From the IMG/VR virus record IMGVR_UViG_3300014656_000030, positions 1-59,773 of that record: DNA of 59,773 nucleotides; one strand, written 5' to 3'. The notes under the pieces were generated by a model that worked only from the letters and a program-made list of their open reading frames with translations, searched no databases and was not told the origin of the DNA. The DNA comes from a virus. Its lineage: Duplodnaviria > Caudoviricetes. This document shows, piece by piece, positions 1 through 8,761 of the stretch (position 1 is the stretch's first letter; each line of letters starts with the position of its first letter). The translations under genes and the position numbers were made by a program.

Positions 1-1
1 C

Positions 2-901
2 AGGTTTAGCTGGCGCAAGGGTGTGAAAGCTCACTCGAAAAGAGCCAGGAAGGGAGACACCCTCGGAGGCGTATATGGCTATATTAGAGACGATACCGCA
101 GCCGAGATGATAACATTCTCTGGAGAATTATACGATAGAAGGAAGGACGACATTGAACACTGTAAGGGTAAATGGGCCATAGCAAAGACAGAATACGCTG
201 GAGGTCTGAGAACCAGAAAGACTACAGAATCGATAAAGGCTACCATCAGAAATGTATTCTGCTCTGATATATGGTTAGAAGAGGACCTGATATCGGCATC
301 GATAGGTGGGATGGGAGTCGACCTGATAGATAAATCTAGGAAGTCCATACGATTTCTCGATATAGATGCATGCAAAGAGTGTTCACTGCGTGAAGAAGCC
401 GAGGCGCCAGTACCTCCTTCTGTCGGAGAGTGGAATGTAGCGATAATAGGTGAAGCTCCAGGTAGAGACGAAGATGTAGAAGGGATACCGTTTATCGGAA
501 GGTCTGGTGAGCTCGTATGGAACTATCTTCATAAAGCTAATTACAATAGGGAATTATTCTATGTAACAAACGTAACTAAGTGTTATCCAATGAGGTCCAA
601 GACTCCATCGATAAATCATATGAAATCGTGCAGGAGGTGGATTGATTCTGAGATAGAAGCTGTTAATCCTGTGGTGATACTTGCGTTCGGTAACGCTTCG
701 CTATGGTGGGTCACCGGTAAGACATCAGGAATTATGTCTCTAAACGGCACAACAGAATGGAACGCAAAACTTAACGCATGGATATGCTGGTGCGTCCATC
801 CTGCCAGCGCGCTCAGGTCTCCAGAAAATATGCCAACGCTTATAGAAGGTCTTGAAAACTTTATCAGAACTCTAGATAATATAGGAGGCAAATTCAGATG
901 A
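2..901 (+). CDS. 5'-truncated protein: DnaE-type OB-fold-like segment followed by family-4 (Fe-S) uracil-DNA glycosylase domain
   Basis: Frame open to window edge; UDG motifs CKEC, GEAPG, PFIG, NVTKC, HPAS; upstream YGYIRDDTAAEMITFSGELY resembles the Pol III alpha C-terminal OB fold. Confidence 0.75.
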   Translation, partial: RFSWRKGVKAHSKRARKGDTLGGVYGYIRDDTAAEMITFSGELYDRRKDDIEHCKGKWAIAKTEYAGGLRTRKTTESIKATIRNVFCSDIWLEEDLISASIGGMGVDLIDKSRKSIRFLDIDACKECSLREEAEAPVPPSVGEWNVAIIGEAPGRDEDVEGIPFIGRSGELVWNYLHKANYNRELFYVTNVTKCYPMRSKTPSINHMKSCRRWIDSEIEAVNPVVILAFGNASLWWVTGKTSGIMSLNGTTEWNAKLNAWICWCVHPASALRSPENMPTLIEGLENFIRTLDNIGGKFR

Positions 902-1224
902 TGCTAAACCTGGATGAAAGTATGACAGACTGGGTGGAAAAGTATGGAGATGGGTTCGTAAGGTCGCTCAGAGCGGCAGCAGAAGTAAGAGCCGAAAGAA
1001 GGAAATCGTATGGAGATACGTATCGTAACGACTACCTGATGTTTCTATACTATCAGATGAATAATAAGATTAAGAGATTCAAAAGTCAGATAGCATTTGA
1101 TGGAAATAGTGAATATGTTAAGGATGTATCGGTGGCGGTCGATTCTCTGCTCGATTTAATATGCTATGCCGCATTTGCATTTGAAAACACCATGGCAAAG
1201 GAGCTAAATGATGATGTCAGATAA
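898..1224 (+). CDS. Nucleotide-modification-associated domain 1 (DUF1599-like, all-alpha)
   Basis: KSYGDTY...NKIKRFK...DSLLDLICYA pattern. Confidence 0.7.
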   Translation: MMLNLDESMTDWVEKYGDGFVRSLRAAAEVRAERRKSYGDTYRNDYLMFLYYQMNNKIKRFKSQIAFDGNSEYVKDVSVAVDSLLDLICYAAFAFENTMAKELNDDVR

Positions 1225-2512
1225 GGTGGTACTCGGAGGAGGGCTGTCTGGTCTCATATACGCGTATTATCATAAGGACCATATTATAATATCACCGGAT
1301 ATCGGAGGAAAGATGGACGAAAGCGGTAAGGATTTTTTCTCTAATATAATATTTGCTCACTATAATAATGCCACCATAAGACTTCTAAATGATATTGGAA
1401 TACCATATTCTAGGGCGACAAGGCCAATAGTGTATATTGTGAAGGAAAAGGCTGACAATATGGCTGGATGGAAGAGAGTTGTATTAGATAAAAGCATGGT
1501 TAGCATCGATGTAAAACTAAAGATAATTAGAAAGAAGATGCGCGACCCTTCTTTTGAACCACTTGACCTGAATCTGTCAACCGACGATTACTACATCGAT
1601 ACGCTAGATTTTTCTATAAGCGACCTAGTTAGAAGACTTTCAGATAAGATTATGAATGAGGAAAGATGGCATGATCAGACTGCCATCAGGATAACTAAAG
1701 AAAAGGTGGTTACATCTGATACGTCATTTCCATATTCAAGACTGATATCCACTATACCGGCGGATATATTCTGGAAAATACACGAACTCGAACTCGACTG
1801 CGAACTAAAGTCTGGATGGACTACCTTCGCGCTATCGGATAGGCCAACATCGGAACTAAGAAATATTCAGTTTAATATTGCATATGACGCTACTGATAGT
1901 GCATGTACTAGGATATCTCATAATAACAAAAAAGATAACGACGTTTTCCTGTATGAGTTTGCAGGTAAGTTAGATGAACATCAAGTAGAGAGCAATCTTC
2001 CTCTTGATGCTAAGTTAATACAGTGGTATTCTGAACCTAGAGGGGTTATCTTTACGAACAGCTGGAACGTCCCTCCTCCTAATACTATATTCGTCGGAAG
2101 GTTCGCCCAGTGGAAGCATTCAATCAAGCTAGGAGACGTCATAGAATCAGCCCTATTCGACTGTGATGTGAGGACAATATTCAACAGGCAGCTAAACTTT
2201 ACCAAGAATTTCTTTGACCTAGATAAATTAAGGATGGATACTGAATACAGACAAGAATCGACCAGGAGTATTATGCTACTCCTCTACCCAGAGCTCGGAG
2301 AGATACTCAACGCGATAAACTATAAGGCTCATAGAAAGAGGAGAGATGTTAATGAAGAGCATGTTAAGGAAGAAATAGTCGATTCCTTTAAGTATCTTCT
2401 CAACCTGATGATTATATGGGGAATCGACTCGCAGGAGCTCTTTGAACTGTTTAGCGCTAAGTCAAAGATAGTTGAAGACAGATACAGAGAGAAGGTGAAA
2501 GATGAGACCTGA
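1208..2512 (+). CDS. FAD-dependent oxidoreductase fused to C-terminal all-alpha dNTP pyrophosphatase (dimeric dUTPase/dCTPase-like)
   Basis: N-terminal GGGLSG, LISTIP, VGRFAQW; C-terminal ELGE...KEEIVD metal-binding helices. Confidence 0.75.
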   Translation: MMMSDKVVLGGGLSGLIYAYYHKDHIIISPDIGGKMDESGKDFFSNIIFAHYNNATIRLLNDIGIPYSRATRPIVYIVKEKADNMAGWKRVVLDKSMVSIDVKLKIIRKKMRDPSFEPLDLNLSTDDYYIDTLDFSISDLVRRLSDKIMNEERWHDQTAIRITKEKVVTSDTSFPYSRLISTIPADIFWKIHELELDCELKSGWTTFALSDRPTSELRNIQFNIAYDATDSACTRISHNNKKDNDVFLYEFAGKLDEHQVESNLPLDAKLIQWYSEPRGVIFTNSWNVPPPNTIFVGRFAQWKHSIKLGDVIESALFDCDVRTIFNRQLNFTKNFFDLDKLRMDTEYRQESTRSIMLLLYPELGEILNAINYKAHRKRRDVNEEHVKEEIVDSFKYLLNLMIIWGIDSQELFELFSAKSKIVEDRYREKVKDET

Positions 2513-2966
2513 TTGGGAAACTTACTTTATGAAGATAGCCTATATCGTTTCTGAACGCTCTACATGCATAAGAAGGAAAGTTGGAGCCATCATCGTTAGA
2601 GACAATAGGATACTTTCCACCGGATATTCAGGAGCTCCTAGCGGTCTTCCGCACTGCGATGAAATTGGAAGCTGTCTAAGGGACGAGATGAATATCCCAA
2701 GTGGAGAAAGGTCTGAACTATGTCGCGCCGCTCACGCAGAACTCAACGCTATTTCTCAGGCGGCTCAATATGGCGTTGGTATAATGCGCTCAACAATGTA
2801 CTGTACCGATAGCCCATGTTCATTCTGTGCAAAGGCTATGATAAATTCAAAGATTATAACAGTCATATATGACAGAGAATATCCTGATACTATGGCTAGC
2901 AGAATGTTTGCAGAGGCAGGTATTGTATCAAAGAAAACGAAAATAGAGAAAGGATTTGAGACATGA
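2502..2966 (+). CDS. dCMP deaminase
   Basis: RSTC..RKVGA, HAE and PCxxC zinc motifs. Confidence 0.93.
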   Translation: MRPDWETYFMKIAYIVSERSTCIRRKVGAIIVRDNRILSTGYSGAPSGLPHCDEIGSCLRDEMNIPSGERSELCRAAHAELNAISQAAQYGVGIMRSTMYCTDSPCSFCAKAMINSKIITVIYDREYPDTMASRMFAEAGIVSKKTKIEKGFET

Positions 2967-3877
2967 AGGATAGCGAACGTAATCTAAAGGAAAGATTTGG
3001 AATACGATACGGAAAGAAACCGGAAACAAAGTTCATCGATAATATGAACGCGGTTAAAGTTAGGCTTATCGATTGGCCAGACCCAGATAGGTTGATAACC
3101 GTTCTCGTAAATATGGCGAAGGCCAGCTGGTATGAGGACTTTTCCGTCGATGCTGATAAGGGAGATATCGAAAAAACAGTAGAGAAGCTGCTGTCAGGAG
3201 AGGTGTTGGCTCAGGGATTAGAACACGCGACATTCTGTTTCCTAGTGTCAGGTCTAAGCCTTCATGGAACTCATATGCTCGTAAGGAACAGGGTGGGGAT
3301 ACGATATATGCAGAGGTCCACCGCAGTATGTGACTTCAGGGATGAACCGGTGCTTGTCCCAAGAGCATTCACCAGACATCCATCTATGCTTGAAAGATAT
3401 AAGGAATGGGCCCGTCAAGGGAAACAGCTCTATGCCGACTTGCTAGACACTGGAGACATAGCTGCCTCTGACGCCAGGATGTGCTTACCTAAGAGTATGC
3501 CTCAATGGTGTTATGTCAGCTGCTGCCTCACTACGCTCCTGTCGATATACGGAAAGCGCTCTGATACTCAGGAAGAGCCTCCTGAGATGAATATCATGGT
3601 GGAACAGATGAAAGACCTAGTGGTTGAAAAGTTCCCATATATGAGAAAGTATTTCGTCAGATTCTGTGATGTCGGAAAGTGCCTGCATAATAGACCAGGA
3701 TACGAGGCTAACTCGGTATTTGCAAGAGACGATAGGCATAAGGTGAATAGAATCAGAAAAGTAACGATAGTCGGAGACGGAGACGCAAATGAATTAGAAT
3801 TCTACAAGGATAACTGGACGCTTCATAACAAGACGAAACAGGAAATGATGCTTGACGCAGACCCATATGATGACTAA
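2963..3877 (+). CDS. thyX: Divergent flavin-dependent thymidylate synthase (ThyX-like)
   Basis: LEHATFCF, RNR-x8-S (variant of RHR-x7-S), DARMCLP. Confidence 0.7.
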   Translation: MKDSERNLKERFGIRYGKKPETKFIDNMNAVKVRLIDWPDPDRLITVLVNMAKASWYEDFSVDADKGDIEKTVEKLLSGEVLAQGLEHATFCFLVSGLSLHGTHMLVRNRVGIRYMQRSTAVCDFRDEPVLVPRAFTRHPSMLERYKEWARQGKQLYADLLDTGDIAASDARMCLPKSMPQWCYVSCCLTTLLSIYGKRSDTQEEPPEMNIMVEQMKDLVVEKFPYMRKYFVRFCDVGKCLHNRPGYEANSVFARDDRHKVNRIRKVTIVGDGDANELEFYKDNWTLHNKTKQEMMLDADPYDD

Positions 3878-3895
3878 ATTAAGGAGCAATAAATT

Positions 3896-4762
3896 ATGAT
3901 GATACAGGATATGTATCGAAATAATAAGTGGAAGATGCTGATGTGCTGTATCATGCTTAATAGGTCGAAGGGCGGCGTAGTGAAGAAAGTGGCTCCAAAC
4001 TTCTTCGATGAATTCGAATCTGCTCTGTCTGTTATTAATGGCGATAAAGATTTGATGACCAAAATTATACAACCGCTCGGACTTCAGAACGAAAGAGTTA
4101 ATAGGATGAAAGATTTATCCGAATGGTTTATAAATAATAAGAAGGTTGTTACTTCCGACGACCTGCTTGGAGCTCCAGGGGTTGGAGACTTCACTATCGA
4201 GTCATGGTCGGTGTTCATCGACAGAATAATACCAGAAGTAATAACCGATAAGGAAATAAGGAGATATGTTCAGAACGCTGTAAAATCCAGTGACATTATA
4301 AGAAGTTTTAGCAAAAGAATATATGAAGCTGGAGAATTTAATACGATAGAAGGCATGGACTATATTGAAGCAATTAACAAAGGCATAGAGATATATGATA
4401 ATGTATTCATCGAAAAGCTCGATGAAGATAACGCTAAGTATGTATCCGATAAGATGGCATTCATAGGAGACCAGATAGATTCTGCTATAAAAAAGATTAT
4501 GTATGACAGAAACAGCAGAAGGGCCATCATAGTATTCAACCAGGATGGAAACGAGCAGAACTGTTCCGTGTGTTCTCATATTCAGATAAGGAACAACAAG
4601 ATAATAGAGCTAGTGTATCAGCGTTCTCAGGACGTTGATATGCTGCATAAGGACATAGAAACATACGCAAGAATAGCTTGTCGTTTCTGTGAATATGGAT
4701 GGGCAGACGAATATTTTATATCAATAAGATACGGAAATATACACGCGAGATACGATGCATAA
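3896..4762 (+). CDS. MBD4-like HhH-GPD DNA glycosylase fused to minimal thymidylate-synthase-family domain
   Basis: N-half IQD..WKML..IMLNRS..PLGL..PGVG..TDKEIRRY; C-half DQI..SRRA..NC..YQRSQD..D..GNIH. Confidence 0.8.
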   Translation: MMIQDMYRNNKWKMLMCCIMLNRSKGGVVKKVAPNFFDEFESALSVINGDKDLMTKIIQPLGLQNERVNRMKDLSEWFINNKKVVTSDDLLGAPGVGDFTIESWSVFIDRIIPEVITDKEIRRYVQNAVKSSDIIRSFSKRIYEAGEFNTIEGMDYIEAINKGIEIYDNVFIEKLDEDNAKYVSDKMAFIGDQIDSAIKKIMYDRNSRRAIIVFNQDGNEQNCSVCSHIQIRNNKIIELVYQRSQDVDMLHKDIETYARIACRFCEYGWADEYFISIRYGNIHARYDA

Positions 4763-4802
4763 TAATGTTATGATTATTAAAAAAAACAAAGGAGGTAATA
4801 AA

Positions 4803-5018
4803 ATGGACTGTGGAGGACATAGAGATTCAGATAACTGCTGGTTTTTGATGATGGGAAAAGCGCAAAGGATGCTGCGCCGCCGTATGCGACATCACCGACC
4901 CAGCGATATGAAATATGCCCAGTTGGAACCAAGTCCTAATGACATAAAAAACTTGGCCGTGCACCAGACAGGCTGGAACGTGAAGTGCATCGGAAAAGGT
5001 TGTATTCATCATGGATGA
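4803..5018 (+). CDS. Hypothetical Cys-containing protein
   Basis: GGAGG RBS before ATG 4803. Confidence 0.5.
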   Translation: MDCGGHRDSDNCWFLMMGKAQRMLRRRMRHHRPSDMKYAQLEPSPNDIKNLAVHQTGWNVKCIGKGCIHHG

Positions 5019-5265
5019 ATACGTCCCGATAGCGCTACGTCAGGAATCGTGGAGCATGGCAAAGCATCCTGAAGCGTGGGGCATAGGACGTCTTGATGGG
5101 CATGGCGGAATGGGAATGACGCACGGACCATTCGATAGTGAAGAAGAGGCACTAGAGACGGTCGGAGAGCGGGGAGAAAGAATCGTTCATTTCTTTCCCG
5201 ATGGAACAGATAAAGTGGTATGGCGATGGAAGCTTGACAGATGGGTTAAAAGGTATCGCCTATAG
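5011..5265 (+). CDS. Hypothetical protein
   Basis: ORF coupled to upstream gene. Confidence 0.55.
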   Translation: MDEYVPIALRQESWSMAKHPEAWGIGRLDGHGGMGMTHGPFDSEEEALETVGERGERIVHFFPDGTDKVVWRWKLDRWVKRYRL

Positions 5266-5435
5266 GGTTCTGAAGGTCTCCAATGGTTTATAATATAGTA
5301 GAATAAGATATGGCCAAATGAGGAAAATAAAGGGAGATGAATGAACTACTACAACGACAACGACAAGAACGCGGCGATAGAAAAGTACGTGGTATTTGTC
5401 CCTCGGAAGGCTAAATGCAAAGAGTAAGGAGCGAA

Positions 5436-6326
5436 ATGACTGACTATCTCGGTCCATACGAATTAGGCAAGGTTCATTGCATGGACTGTATGGAAGCTAT
5501 GCCGCAGTTGCCGGATGGGTGCGTGGATTTGGTGCTGACTGACCCGCCGTATGGGATTGGTGAGGCGGCAAGACGGAACGAAACAAGAGGCTGTCTTGCG
5601 AAAGCGAAGAACTATGGTACAGCCAAGTGGGATGATAAACCTCCATCGTCTGAATGCTTCAAGCAAATAATGAGAGTATCGACAGAGCAAATTATTTTTG
5701 GTGGCAACTTTTTCACTTTTGCACTTCCGGCAAGCAGTAGTTGGATTGTTTGGGATAAACAAAACGGTGATACAGACTTTGCTGATTGTGAGCTTGCGTG
5801 GACATCTCATAAAAGAGCGGTGCGAAAGATTGTGTATCGTTGGCAGGGAATGTTACAAGGCAATATGGGGCATCTCAAAGAGCAACGGGTACACAGAACG
5901 CAAAAGCCGTTGCCAGTCATGCTATGGATATTAGAGAGGTATAGTTCCACCTCCAACATCATCCTCGACCCGTTCATGGGTTCAGGCACAACCGGAGTCG
6001 CCGCCGTCCAGCTTGGGCGTCGGTTCTTGGGATTTGAGATTGACCCGGAGTACTGTGAACTGGCAAACAAACGCATCGCCGAGGAAAAGCGTAAAGTAAA
6101 GCGTGGCATACCGGACTATTATAATGTATACCGCAACCACAAAGTCAGCGAAGGCACTGATAATGCTAAACTGCTCACCAGGGTTAAATCCCTGAACAAT
6201 CTGAGGCTCATTAAAGACAAACTCTACAAGAACTGTGTGGTATACGCACATTGGAATAAAGCAGATGATAGGGTCGAGGAGGATGAAATGGTCGGCAGGG
6301 TAGGCAAACTTCTGGCTAAAAGGTAA
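5436..6326 (+). CDS. DNA N6-adenine/N4-cytosine methyltransferase, beta class
   Basis: DPPY, HRTQKP, DPFMGSGTT; AAGGAG RBS before ATG 5436. Confidence 0.92.
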   Translation: MTDYLGPYELGKVHCMDCMEAMPQLPDGCVDLVLTDPPYGIGEAARRNETRGCLAKAKNYGTAKWDDKPPSSECFKQIMRVSTEQIIFGGNFFTFALPASSSWIVWDKQNGDTDFADCELAWTSHKRAVRKIVYRWQGMLQGNMGHLKEQRVHRTQKPLPVMLWILERYSSTSNIILDPFMGSGTTGVAAVQLGRRFLGFEIDPEYCELANKRIAEEKRKVKRGIPDYYNVYRNHKVSEGTDNAKLLTRVKSLNNLRLIKDKLYKNCVVYAHWNKADDRVEEDEMVGRVGKLLAKR

Positions 6327-6503
6327 AACGTGTGAATCACATAGACATTCTTAAAAATGCATATATTGTCTGTATTATGGACGAAGTCCTATCCGCAGTC
6401 GATACCGATATACGACGTTATAAAAGTCAGAATATGAAGCAGGCGGAAATTGCGGCGAACAGCATAAGGAAGATACTAGAAGATAAGAAGAAAGAGGCTG
6501 AAA

Positions 6504-7040
6504 ATGGATAGCAGAAAGGATACGAATATGGATTATGAAAAGGACATGCAGATTGACGAAACTGCGCTCGACGTGGAATGGCTTGAACAACCATCGTTAA
6601 TGATGCGATACTGTCGCCTAGCCACCGAAGCCAGAGCCTCAGTTGATATGGCAAAAGAAAGGCTCGATGCCATAAAGGCGCAAATAGATACTGATATTAG
6701 GAAAGACCCAGCACAATACGGTCTTGAAAAGCTTACCGAGACACTTATAGCCAATACCGTCATTCTCCAGCCTGATTGTATACATCAGCAGGAGGTTCTT
6801 AACGAGCTACGGATGGAAGATGCTATGGCACAGTGTGTTGTAAGAGCACTGGAACATAGAAAAAAGGCACTCGAAAACCTCGTCGTTTTACATGGACAGC
6901 AGTATTTCGCTGGTCCGTCAGTGCCGCGAGACCTCACCAAGAAATACAGCGAGCGGAAGGAATGGGAACGGAAACAGAAAGATAAGATGGCTACCAAAAA
7001 TATTTCGCCAGGAACAAAGCGAGAAAGGAAAAGGGTTTGA
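6504..7040 (+). CDS. UvsY-like recombination mediator (coiled coil)
   Basis: IDETALDVEWLEQP..Y..ALEHRKKALENLV; located next to SSB and RecA. Confidence 0.55.
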   Translation: MDSRKDTNMDYEKDMQIDETALDVEWLEQPSLMMRYCRLATEARASVDMAKERLDAIKAQIDTDIRKDPAQYGLEKLTETLIANTVILQPDCIHQQEVLNELRMEDAMAQCVVRALEHRKKALENLVVLHGQQYFAGPSVPRDLTKKYSERKEWERKQKDKMATKNISPGTKRERKRV

Positions 7041-7297
7041 AAGGTGAATTAGCATATTTTTTGGTGCTATCGATAATAGCCTTCGCCATAGTGACAGTAG
7101 TGTCTGCTACTTGGATGTATTTTATGAGCAAGGCTCAAGCTAAGGGATGGATTGAGGAATTAAACAGTTTCATATCAAAGAGAAAGGAAGATAACGATGC
7201 CAAAGAGAACAGAGAAGTGGTCAGGAAAGGGAGTGGGAGCAAAGGCGAAGCAGGAAAAGGAAAGAGGGAGCCAATTCGGATATCTGATAAAACCTGA
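7037..7297 (+). CDS. Small membrane protein
   Basis: N-terminal hydrophobic helix; overlaps SSB start by ~100 nt. Confidence 0.4.
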   Translation: MKGELAYFLVLSIIAFAIVTVVSATWMYFMSKAQAKGWIEELNSFISKRKEDNDAKENREVVRKGSGSKGEAGKGKREPIRISDKT

Positions 7298-8339
7298 AGA
7301 TGTTATGGTTTATCTACCGTCTCCAGGAGGGAGGAGCGACATCGATTTTCTGGTATACGACGTAACCGATGATAATCATCCCGATAAGGATGAATCACTA
7401 GGGATTGCTCTTAAGGGCGAACAGTGGTATCGACGACCATTCAAGATACATAGAGACATCGGAGTGAATAAGGTCGCTGTAGTATGTCCGACATCAATCG
7501 GAAGGAGATGTCCGGTATGCGAATACCAGGCAGAGCTCAGAAAGAAGGGTGGAGATAAAGAGCTGATAAAGGCGTTAAGAGCAAAGGACAGGGTTCTCTA
7601 TTGCGTCATACCCATTGGAGAGCATAAGTTCGAAGCGGTCCCTCACCTGTTCGAAATATCTCATTATCTGTTTCAGAAGTTACTCAACGAAGAAATAACC
7701 GAGGATGAAAGGTATGGGATGTTTCCGAGCCCATCCGATGGACTAACGGTCAAGATTAGGTGGGACAGTAAGAAGATTGGAGAAGGCGACGCCTTTGCCG
7801 AAGCCAACAGGATTGATTTCAACTCAAGAGACTATGAATATGACGATGATATGTTATCGAAAGTTCCTGACCTCGATTCGATAATACACAAATCTGTTAT
7901 ATCAAGCGAAAAGCTTTCCAACATGTTCTTCGAGCTAGAAACCGAATCAGACGCCGGCGCGGATGATGGAACAGAATTTCCTCCCAGAGAAACAAGCGAA
8001 GAACGGCCGAAGCGAGAGCGCAGAGATGCAACAGAACATACACCTGCAAGAAAACCGAAAGGAGCTGTACCAAAGGAGAAAGAAAAAGAGTCTGAACAAG
8101 AATCAGATGAAGACGTGTGTATCGCCTGTGAAGGGACTGGAATCAACAGTAAGGGTAATAAGTGCAAGATATGTAACGGAACCGGAGAAAGAAAGAACGA
8201 AGATAAAAAAGATACCGATAATGCCTGTCCATATGATCACGAATTCGGAAAAGATTCAGATGTTTATAAAGATTGCGACGATTGCGACAGAGAAATATGG
8301 GGTCGCTGTCTTGATGAAAAAGAAAAGAATATCGCCTAA
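7197..8339 (+). CDS. Single-stranded DNA-binding protein (gp32-like) with C-terminal zinc-finger extension
   Basis: H..CP...CPVCE core, acidic linker, CxxCxGxG x2. Confidence 0.7.
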   Translation: MPKRTEKWSGKGVGAKAKQEKERGSQFGYLIKPEDVMVYLPSPGGRSDIDFLVYDVTDDNHPDKDESLGIALKGEQWYRRPFKIHRDIGVNKVAVVCPTSIGRRCPVCEYQAELRKKGGDKELIKALRAKDRVLYCVIPIGEHKFEAVPHLFEISHYLFQKLLNEEITEDERYGMFPSPSDGLTVKIRWDSKKIGEGDAFAEANRIDFNSRDYEYDDDMLSKVPDLDSIIHKSVISSEKLSNMFFELETESDAGADDGTEFPPRETSEERPKRERRDATEHTPARKPKGAVPKEKEKESEQESDEDVCIACEGTGINSKGNKCKICNGTGERKNEDKKDTDNACPYDHEFGKDSDVYKDCDDCDREIWGRCLDEKEKNIA

Positions 8340-8761
8340 TGAAGATAAGGTCGACCTACAAGATAAAAAAGAAGAAATCCCCTCCCATAATAGATGGGAG
8401 GGGAGTCACCATGTCATTCATAGCTCCAATCAACACTTATGAATTATTGGCTCTGCATTCCATGTACTACGGCGTATCGATGTCGAAATATATACGTAAA
8501 GTTATAGAAGATAGAATAAAGATAGAAAAGAACCCAAACAGTGTTATAAATTCCATAGCCGAACAGATGGCAGATAAGTGGAAAAAGATATTCGCGATGA
8601 ACAGCGGTTCTAATGGATGGAATAGTGAAGATAATCTTAACAGAAGGTTCGAAGAGTTTGAAAAGGATATGAAAGTTGCACTGAAGACAAGGAGGATGAA
8701 TAAAAAGTGGATAGAGATTATTATAAAGGAATTCAAGAAAAGAGCCACCAGTTATGACTAG
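8339..8761 (+). CDS. Hypothetical, possible ribbon-helix-helix DNA-binding protein
   Basis: TMSFI..YELL..GVSMSKYIRKVIE. Confidence 0.45.
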   Translation: MKIRSTYKIKKKKSPPIIDGRGVTMSFIAPINTYELLALHSMYYGVSMSKYIRKVIEDRIKIEKNPNSVINSIAEQMADKWKKIFAMNSGSNGWNSEDNLNRRFEEFEKDMKVALKTRRMNKKWIEIIIKEFKKRATSYD

